From Mobula hypostoma (Eukaryota), in contig NC_086110.1 in assembly GCF_963921235.1 (NCBI RefSeq), positions 21,018,001-21,082,000 of the forward strand: DNA of 64,000 nucleotides. Direction: 5' to 3'. Of this stretch, positions 50,751-60,746 are shown one piece after another. The stretch's first letter is position 1. Each line of letters starts with the position of its first letter. The notes below the pieces were generated by a model that ran no database searches, had not been told where the DNA came from, and saw only the letters and a program-made list of their open reading frames with translations. The position numbers and the translations under genes are program-made.

Positions 50751-52721
50751 TTCCTCAGTCTCGGTCGAGTTTTGCCCTCTCCATTGTCGGGCCCTCAGTA
50801 TACTGTCCAAGGTAACTTCCTTGAAATCACCTTAAGCCCTTAACTGTATGTATGTTCCTCAGTATTTTAGGAAAGTTTAAATCTCCTTCAAGAATACTCC
50901 TAGTATTCTTGCATCTCTCGACAATCTCCCTGCATGTTTATTCCTCTACTTCCCGTTCAAAATTGGGAGGCCTATAGTACAATCCCAACATTATTTCTCG
51001 GCTCCACCCACAAAGCCTCATTGGACATGAACCACAAACCTGATGCAGTCTGTCCATTCCAGAGTCATTTGTCGGGTACTCGACTTGAACATCAGCAAAG
51101 GCAAATTTTCAAAGAAACAGCAACTTAGAGGTATATGGTCATCAATCAATTTGTGCTGACATTGGAAAACATAGTTTTCAACAGATTGTGGAAAGAATTC
51201 CTGAGTTAGCTTCTTGCTTTATTTGTTTTAACGTAATATTATTGCATCATAGGATAACTTCACTCACCTCAACTCTGAACTGATACCACAACCTACACAC
51301 TCACTTTCATGGACACTGAAATCATATATTCTGTATTTATTTATTTGTTTATTTATTTTTGCACAGGTTGTTTTCCTATGAACAGTGGCTATTTGTATTT
51401 GTTAACGTAGCTTTTTCATAAATTCTATTGTACTTGTAAGTGCCCGCAAGAAAAATGAATCTCAATTTGGCACACGATGACATAGACATACACACTTTCA
51501 TGATAAATTTACTGACACGCTGACTTTACTTTTAATCAGACTGAATCAGTTATATGGAGGAGAGGAGCAAATCCTAGGGGCCTAGATAGAGTGCCGTGGA
51601 CAGGATGTTTCCTAGAGTGGAGGAGTCTAAGAGCAGAGGGCTCAGGCTTACAATAGAAGAATGCTCCTTTAGAACAGGGATGAGGAGGAAATTCTCTCCA
51701 ACCCCAGTCCTCTCAGGATCCCCCGTCACTTTTTGGGTCCTAAGAGCCACCATCTTCTTCCCACCTAACCTTCCCAGAACACCCTAACCCTCCACCAACT
51801 CCCCAACTCTTTCTGCACTACATTGACAACTGCATAGATGCTGCTTCACACCTTCATGCTGAGCTCATCAATTTCATAAACTTTGCCTTCAACTTCCACC
51901 CTACCCTTAAATTCACTTGGTCCATTTCTGACACCTCCCTCCCCTTTCTCGATCTCTCTGTCTCCATCTCTGGAGACCAACTATCTACTGACAACTTTTA
52001 TAAACCTGCTGATTCCTACGGTTATCTTGACGATACTATTTCCACACGATATCCTGTAAAAACACCATTCCCTTTGCTCAGTTCCTTCACCTCTGTCGAG
52101 TCTGTCCTAGGGATAAGGACAAAGAACGGGGTTTCTCTTCCTCACCTGCATCTCCTCCATTTCCCGGACATCCACGTCCACCCCATCTTCCTGCCACCTG
52201 AACAAGGATAGAGTTCCTCTTGTCCTGACCTGTCACCTCATGAGCCACTGCACCCAACGCATCATCCTCCACAACTTCCGCCGTCTGCAAAGGGATCCAA
52301 CCGCCAACACATCGTTACCTTCCCTCCACTCTCCACATCTTCAGTGGGATCCTAGCACCAAACACATCTTTACCCCCCTCCCCCACTATCCATGTTACAT
52401 AGGGATTGCTCCCTCCATGATTCCTTTGTCCATTCAGCCCTCCCCACTAGTCTCTCTCACATATCCCTGCATGCAACAGAAATGCTACACCTCGCTGTTC
52501 ACCTCCTCCCTGTCCTGGAAAGAAAAGCCTTATCCTGGCAATAGATACAGTGGAAGCACAAGAATTGAGAAAAGGGAGACAGGCCGGAAAGAGGTATAGT
52601 CAATCAGTAGGTTTATAAAAGGTTTCTAATGGCTGAAAATATACCCTTTTACTTTCATTGGAATATGACCCTTAAAAAAATAAAGCAAAACTGATTGAAG
52701 TATCATCTAACATTTCCACAG

Positions 52722-52855
52722 CTGCTAAACGACCTAACAAACTTCAGCAAGCTGCTCTTCCTCTCCTCTCCAACGTGAACTGCAGGAACTACTGGGGTAG
52801 CAGTGTCACCGATGTCATGATCTGCGCTGGTGCTGCTGGTGCCTCGTCTTGCATG
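52722..52855 (+). pseudogene. ctrb: ctrb-C exon 6
   Basis: [44 protein letters not shown]. Confidence 0.9.
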
Positions 52856-52941
52856 GTATGAAACCTTTTCAAAGTACTTCAACCTCTTTTAAGTTGCAAA
52901 AAGGCAATGAGACCAAGTCTGAGGCTGTGACTTGTTTACAG

Positions 52942-53103
52942 GGTGACTCTGGCGGCCCACTTGTCTGTCAGAAGCACAACGTCTGGAACTTGGTTGGCAT
53001 CGTTTCCTGGGGCAGTGGCTATTGCTCCACCAGCACTCCTGGTGTCTATGCCCGCGTGACGGAGCTCAGGGACTGGATCGATAGCACCATTGCTGACAAC
53101 TAA
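52942..53103 (+). pseudogene. ctrb: ctrb-C exon 7 (Gly226)
   Basis: [53 protein letters not shown]. Confidence 0.9.
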
Positions 53104-53441
53104 GTGCAAAACAACATACGAAATGCAAATGAAAATAAATGTACTTCTTCAACATGAATTCTAAACCTGTGCTGTTCTTTAAGGCCTGTCTGGAAATATA
53201 AGTTATTAATAAATCTAAGTAATATATGAGTTATAGGGAAAGGGTGAATAAGTTAGCAGCATAGGAGAATGTGGGGGGATTTGCTGGAGATGTACAAAAT
53301 TATGAAAGGTATAGATAGGTTAAATGCAAGCAGGTTTTTCTCCCTCAGAACACAAAATAATCTTCAGATGCTGGGGTCAAAACAACACTCACAACACGCT
53401 GGAGGAACTCAGCAGGTTGAAAACCGGTAATGCCAAACCCA

Positions 53442-56400
53442 TGAGATAATCAATCTCAGGTCCTAAATTTGTACCGGACTGAGATTCTAGAAGCAGCTTC
53501 CGCAAACAGAAGTATATTTCAGCAACATGAGTGCCCTCTAGGTCATCGCTATCAACTAAGGATGAACAATATTTAAATTTTTAATTGGTGATATATTGCA
53601 GAATTGAAATTACATTTCTTTCCTGTTTATGTAAGTAGACATGGTTAAAGTTTCTGTTCAAAGTGCAAAGAAAGACACTCCTGTGTAATACATTTGTATT
53701 CTACAAAATGTAACAGAGTCCTCCACCTCCCCCAACATAACTGGTAGCAAATTTAAGGAATTTTGTAATTGCACTTTAACCGTATGGTAAAAATTGAGCT
53801 TTAAATTAGACAAATAAATCACCAAATTCTCTCTGTCATTAGAAATTTTGGGGCATTTGTGACAAATTACTGGTAGATCCATTATTTCCTATCACAAGAG
53901 GGGTTTAAGAAAAGTTTGGACAGGTACATGAATAAGAGGGGTATGGAGGGCTATGGTTTAGGGACCTGGCAGAAGACCAGTTTGGTATGGAGTAGATGGG
54001 CTGAAGGGCCTATTTCTGGGCTGTAGTGCTCTATGACTCTCTCACACTAAATTAAGAGCTGAGCTGGGCTGCACTCCACTGCAAGTTTCTCCTTCTCATC
54101 AAAGTAAAACGTTTATTTCAACTGCAAACTTACAAGTTGCACATGGAAAGCAACATAACATAATATAAAGCTGTTTACGTCTAAAACAGAGAAGTTGTCA
54201 AGAGGACAAGTACAAAGCTAGTTCTTGACCAGGTCACAGTCACTACCGATTTTCCTGCAGTAACAAATAGCAGTAAAGAATCTGCAGTAACAAATGGCGC
54301 ATAAATCACAGCAAGGCAGAGCATGGCCAAAGCAGGACTCTAGGTGTCGAACGCATCTCCTGGGCGAACGCTCTGATCTATCCGTCTCGACTGCATCAAA
54401 CATCAGCTGTAAGAGAAAATGTTAAAGTTTACAGAATATGAAATGTCACATACCATTTTCAATTTCTCCAATTTTGCAACAAGAACAACGAGTCGCATTT
54501 AACATTTAAACATGGACTACCGACTATATACCCTGTGGGCCAAATGGTCTCCTCGTTCTTTAAGGAGATATAATGCCGTAAACCTGGAACTATGTAAACC
54601 AGCATTGCCTCTTCCTTATATAAGTCAGGGAGCGGTTAAACCAACCTGGGCTAGCCCGGGTAAGGAGGGTGTCTTGGCATTCAGCAGAGCTAAGCCTGTC
54701 AATAGGCAGATGTCTCCAGGTTACTCTGCTTTAAGAAACACAAGGCAACAGAAATGTCCTCATAACAGATTAGTTGAGGCTGAAAAATGCAGGTCTTGTT
54801 GGTGCTGGAGAGGACAGAACATCGTTGCAGAAACACCTAAGGTACCCCAATATCAGAGTGACGTTGGGATTAAAAATTGTGTGAGAATATTTCCTCATTC
54901 ATAATTTTCTTTTATTTTAACTAAGAAACAATTTTATATTAAATAAATACAATTCATATTAAAGAATCCTAAATATTAAATAGCAGATGATTGTGTAATG
55001 TTGGGCCAGAACAGTGAATAACAGAATTTAATTGAACTGCTGATGTTTCAGCTTTAAATCGTATTATATTTTACAATATCTGTTATAAAAAGTCAAATTT
55101 GAAAAGTAATTAAAACTTAATCAGTTTACCAGATATCAGTCACTCTGCCTTTGGAACGATAATATATAAAAACTGGATTTACCTCAGGATTGAGCATAAT
55201 CTTTTCTGCCATTTGATGTTCTTTTTCCAATGTGGGTTTAGTCAGTGGACTTGAATTCACAACATTAACAGAATTCGTCAAATGTCTATCCTGTTGTTCA
55301 TGCAAACATTAAATGTCAGTGCATGAAATGGTGACTTGGTAGATGGCAATAATAATGACCTAAAATAAAGGCTGCCGCACAAACCATTCTCTACCTTTCT
55401 CAATGGATTTGTGCTCTACCACATTAACATTCCCCAGAAGTCTGGAGAAGAACCAAAAGAATTCAAACAAACAAAACTGACAGAGTGAACTGTAAGAACA
55501 AAGAATAAGAGACAATAGAAAGGCACTCAATCTCCAACAGACTCTCAACCATACAGGAGACTCACTCAATGATAAAGTGAGGTTTAAGAGTAAATTATTT
55601 CTAAAGGTGACAGAGCACAACAAAAGTATGTTCTGGGTGTAATGTCAGGGATATCCAAAATGAGTTCTACATTGCTAATTAGAGACTACTCTAACAAACT
55701 GCCTATGTACATTGAATGAGAGTATTGGCTTCACTGTAAACAAGAGCTGATCACTTATTTTTCTTCCAGTGAAATATATTTTTGTAGGTTTCCTATGCGG
55801 AACCTGTACCATGCTCTCCCAGTAGAGTCATAAATCCATTCAATACTCTTGGACAAAATGCAACAGTCAACTGCGACTGAAGCAGTAGATAATTAGTCAC
55901 GCTGAGAGCCAAAGACCAGGATTAATGCAGAGAGTGCAGAATTAAATGGAGATGGTTAATACTCACCTGCAGCAGAAAATAGGGTCTTGCCCCTGCTCAG
56001 GGATGTAAAGTCGGCATTTGTGGTCACATCTCTAACGGCGTTGGAATCCAGTTCAGCTCTGATGGCACCGAAGCAGAGAATGAGCTGTAGAGCACAGCAG
56101 TAGAGCAGCATGGCATTAACCATGATACCTGCAGGATAATGGCACAACACTCAGCAGGGTAGCAACACCCCACCACAAGAAAAATAATCTGTTTCTATTA
56201 ATACACTGGGCAACAACCCTACTTTCTCTATCATCAGCGTATAACGCATCTGCTGAAGTTGGATCTCAGAAATCACTTTGATTTAATAATCTCCATTTAC
56301 CTGCAAGGAACAGCTCATGAAGTGAAAGTGAACTTTTTCTTTCCCCAGTCGGTGGTTGCTGAGAGCTGCTATCTGTTTTTGAACTCCTGTGTTCACACTT

Positions 56401-56521
56401 CCTGGTTTATATCGACTGGATTTACTAACTTCAACGTCACTCTGACACCATCACTGAAATGGGATTTGGATCCACCTTTAGCAATGTTTCTTTAAAGTCA
56501 CCTAATTTAGTTTCATGTTAG
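53442..56521 (+). repeat. Direct duplicate of 18275-21363 (whole agrp transcription unit)
   Basis: Collinear high identity; both junctions carry about 24-bp fillers unrelated to the immediate flanks. Confidence 0.93.
54218..56123 (-). pseudogene. agrp: Agouti-related protein copy 2: reading frames open but middle-exon acceptor AG>AA; probable pseudogene
   Basis: Exons 55967-56123, 55183-55250, 54218-54406; knot CVRHLESCFGHALPCCDLCAICYCRFFTAICYCRKIGSDC; base 55251 destroys the CAG acceptor. Confidence 0.75.
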
Positions 56522-56544
56522 GGAATGACGTAAACAGCTTTATA

Positions 56545-57980
56545 TCAGGTTTATAAAAGTTGTCAGTAGATAGTTGGTCTCCAGAGATGGAGACAGAGAG
56601 ATCGAGAAAGGGTAGGGAGGTGTCAGAAATGGACCAAGTGAATTTAAGGGTAGGGTGGAAGTTGAAAGCAAAGTTTATGAAATTGATGAGCTCAGCATGA
56701 AGGTGTGAAGCAGCATCTATGCAGTTGTCAATGTAGTGCAGAAAGAGTTGGGGAGTTTGACCAGAGAAGGCTTGGAACATGGACTGCTCTACGCAGCCAA
56801 TGAAAAGGTAGGCGTAGCTGGGGCCCATATAGGTACCCACGGCTACCCCTAGAGTTTGGAAAAAGTGAGAGGGACCAAAGGAGAAATTGTTAAGGGTGGG
56901 GACCAGTTCTGCCAGACAGGAGGGTATTGATGGAGGGGAACAAGTAGGGTCTTTTGGAGGGAAAAATACAGAGAACTTTAAGGCCTTCTTGATGGGGGAT
57001 AGAAATGTATAGGGACTGGACATCCATGGTGAAAATGAGATGGTCAGGGCAGGGAATTGAACATTATTGAGGAGATCAAGAGCATGAGAAGTGTTGCTGT
57101 GTTGATCTGGGAAGGGACTGAACCAAGGGGGATATAATGGAGTTGAGGTATGTGGACATGAGTTCAGTGGGGCAGGAGCTGGCAGAGACAATGGTCTTAT
57201 TCAGACAGTCACGTTTGTGGATCTTGGGTAGAAGGTAGAAACAAGCAGTGTGAGATAAGGGAACTATGAGTTTGGTGGCAGTGAATGGAAGGTCACAAAG
57301 TTGATGAGATCAGTGATGGCAACACTGAGGCTCCAGAATATTGTCCTTTTCAAGGAGGTGTCTTGAGAGTTTCTGACTGGCATCAGCAAGGTCGAGGTCA
57401 GTCTGCCACACAGCAATAGCACCCTCTTTGACTGCAGGTTTGCTGGTAAGGTTGTGACTGGTGTGGAGAGCGTGGAGGGCAGTACATTCAGAGGGAGTAA
57501 GGCTGGAGGAGGAGGAGAGGAGTGCTGAAATTGTGGCGGTTGATGTTTCGTTGGGAATTAGAGGTGAAAGATCTGGAGCTGGCAGAGAACTAAAGCCGGA
57601 TGTCCAAGAGAAGGTGTGGGATTGGATATGGGAGAAGGGTCATTGGTGCAGGGTGGGGGAATCTTGCCAAAGAACTGGGCTTGGAGACGGAGGCGACAAA
57701 AGAGGACTTCAGCAACCTGCCAGGCATAGAACTCACTCTGATGCAGGCAAAGGAGGACAAACATGAGACCTTTGCTGAGGACGGAACATTCCACCTCAGA
57801 GAGGGGAAGGATGGAGAGAATGGGGAAGACATGGCAAGGATTCGAGCTGGGATTGGAAGGGGGAGGAGAGCAGGGTGAGGGTTAGGGTGTTCTGGGAAGG
57901 TAGGGTGGGAAGAAGATGGTGGCTCTGAGGACCCAAAAAGTGACGGGGGATCTTGAGAGACCTGGGGTCGGAGAGAATTT
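56545..57980 (-). mobile_element. Penelope-like RT fragment (ctrb-D intron 5)
   Basis: ORF 56502-57191 is homologous to 27359-28264. Confidence 0.85.
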
Positions 57981-58244
57981 CCTCCTCATCCCTGTTCTAA
58001 AGGAGCATTCTTCTATTGTAAGACTGAGCCCTCTGCTCTTAGACTCCTCCACTCTAGGAAACATCCTGTCCACGGCACTCCATCTAGGCCCCTTGGATTT
58101 GCTCCTCTCCTCCATATAACTGATTCAGTCTGATTAAAAGTAAAGTCAAAATGCCAGTAAATTTATCATGAAAGTGCGTACATATATGTTATGGTGTGCC
58201 GAATTGAGGTTCATTTTGATTGCAGGCATTTACAAGAACAATAG

Positions 58245-60510
58245 AAGTACGGAACCTTGGATAACGAGGGATATTGAGGCCCTGACCCTGGAGAAAAGGA
58301 GGCATGGGTTAGGTACAAGCAGCTGGGATCAAGCAAATCTCTGGAGGGATATTGGACAGACAGGGGGCGTGAGGGAACTTTGACAGAGAATATTAACAAA
58401 GTTCTACAGAGATTGTATAAGTATATTAACGTAGAAACAGAATAAGGCCCCTCAAAGATCACAGAGACATATCTTTGTGTGGAGCCACAGGAGGCAGGCA
58501 AAGTTCTTAATGAATATCTCTCCTCTGTTTTTTTTTACCATTGAGAGTTGCATGAAACCTTAACAACTAGGAAATTTAAATGGAGTTGTCTTGGGGATAG
58601 TCTGCATTGCAGTAGAAGGGTGCTGTATGTCTTAAAAGGTAGGAAGGTAGACAAATCAACAGGTTTGACCAAGTGTATCAAAGAATACTATGGGAAACTA
58701 GAGAAGAAATTGTGGGAGCCTTGTCTCAGATATTTGCATCATCGTTAGCCACAACTGAGGAGACAGTAGGCAGGAGAGTAGCAAATGTTGTGCCTTTATT
58801 TAAGAAGGGGGCAAAGAAAAACCTGGGAACTATAAAGCAGTAGGTCTAACATCTGTCAGTTACTAGAAAGGATTCTGAGAGACAAAATATATGTCAATCT
58901 GGAAAGTCAGGGACTGATTAGGTCAGTATGGTTTTGTGCATGGGAGATCATGTCTTACGAACTTGATTGAGTATGTGTCATAGAAAGTCTATGAGGGGAG
59001 GGTGGTAGATCTAGTTTATATGGAATTCAGTGAGGCCTTTGATAAGGTTCCACATGGTAGGCTGCTCCAGAAGGTGAGATTACATAGAATGCAGAGAGAG
59101 CTGGCTAATTGGATACATGATTGTCTTGATGGTAGAAAGCAAAGGGTGATGGTAGAAGGTTGCTTATTGGACTAGAAACACATGACAAATGGTGTGCCCC
59201 AGGGGCTGTGCTCAGCCCATTGTTTATCAATGATTTGGATAATAATCTGCAAGGCACGGTTAATAAGTCTGCATTCAACATTAAAGCAAATGGTATAGTG
59301 GACAATGGAAAAGGGTTATCAAAAATTACAGGCAGATCTTGATCAACTGGGTAAATGGGGCAAAGGGTGGAAAAATGGGTTGAATTCAGATAAATATGAA
59401 GTGCTATATTTTGGAAAGTCAAATCCAGGTAGGATTTTCACAGTGAATGGCAGGGCACTGGGGAGTGGTGTAGAACAGAGTGAAAGTCACAGGTAGACGA
59501 GGAGGTGAAGAAGGCTTTGGCACACTGGCCTTTATCTCTCAGGCCAATGAGTAGAGAAGTTGGGAAATCATATCATGTTGTGGTTGTACTGGACGCTGGT
59601 AAGACTGCTCTTGGAATATTGTATTCATTTTTGGTCGCCTTGCTGTAGTAAAGGTGTTGTTAGACTGGAAGAGGTGTAAAAAAGATTTATAAGGATGCTG
59701 CCAGGATTTGAATAAATGAATTATAGGGAGAGGTTGAAGAGGGTAGGACTTTATTCCTTAGAGCATTAAGGACTGAAGATGATCTTATAGAGAGGTATAA
59801 AATCATGAGTGGCAAAGATAGGGTGAATGTATTCCGTCTTTTTCCCCCAGAGTTGGGACATCAAGACCAAGAGGGCATAGGTTTAAGGTGTGAGTGGAAA
59901 GATTTCAGAGAAACTTGAGGGACAACCTTTTTCATTCCACAAAGGGTGGTATCTATGCAGAATCAGCTACTGGAAGAAGTGGTAAGGCAAATATAATGAC
60001 AACTTTTAAAAGACATGTTGGACAGGTACATGGATTGGAAAGGATTAGAAAGTTATGACACATGGATTAAAGAGGTTTTGAAGGTTATGGGACCATGGAT
60101 TGGAAAGGCTTAGAAGCTTATGGGTCTGTGGATTGGAAAGGTTTAGAAGGATATGGGTCCATGGATTGGAAATGTTTAGAAGGATATGGGTCTATGGATT
60201 GGAAAGGTGTAGAAGTTTATGGGTCTGTGGATTGGAAAGGTTATAAAGTTATTGTTCTATGAATTAGAAAGGTTTAGAAGGTTATGGGTCTATGGATTGG
60301 AAAGGTTAGGTTATGGGTCCATGGATTGGAAAGAGTTAGATTATGGGTCTATGGTTTTGAAAGGTTTAGAAGGTTATGGGTCTGTGGATTGGAAAGGTTT
60401 AGAACGTTATGGTCCAAACATTGGCAAATGGCACTAGATTGGATGGGGTACCTTAGTCTGCTTGGACCAATTGGGCAGAAGGACCCACTTCCAATCTATA
60501 TGACACTGTG
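58245..60510 (+). mobile_element. Degenerate CR1 LINE (ctrb-D intron 5) with expanded 33-bp tandem array near its 3' end
   Basis: Homologous to 48370-50480; array at about 60030-60415. Confidence 0.8.
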
Positions 60511-60746
60511 AACACCTTATCGCTGGATCAGTTGTAGAAGCCCACGATATCCCTCTGATGAACAGAATTATCCTGTTCCTTGACCAGAGAAACTTGTTGC
60601 AGCCATGAAGTATTATTCATAGCATAACCTTCCAGATTGCCAATCATCTTGGGAATCTATCCACTGCTCCCTGTCAGGGTAAGGGTACAAAGGCACAGAG
60701 CTCGGAACTGCAACACTGTAATTTGTAAAGTTTTGAACTGACATAC

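Larger units (their letters stand above)
42964..53103 (+). pseudogene. ctrb: Chymotrypsinogen B-like copy C: exon 2 truncated by Tc1; exons 3-7 intact with canonical SCMGDSGGP
   Basis: Exons 42964-43015, 43130-43191 (truncated, donor lost), 46129-46208, 46533-46614, 47963-48143, 52722-52855, 52942-53103. Confidence 0.88.
26153..53417. repeat. Large inverted segmental duplication: arms about 26153-37092 and 41084-53417 around a 4-kb spacer
   Basis: Reverse-complement match across exons, introns, TEs and about 1.7 kb of upstream sequence of ctrb-B versus ctrb-C. Confidence 0.92.

Noticed and set aside
54218-54406. agrp-2 as a recruited venom-like knottin
   Set aside because: The fold similarity to toxins is generic, there is no expression evidence, and the copy has a splice lesion
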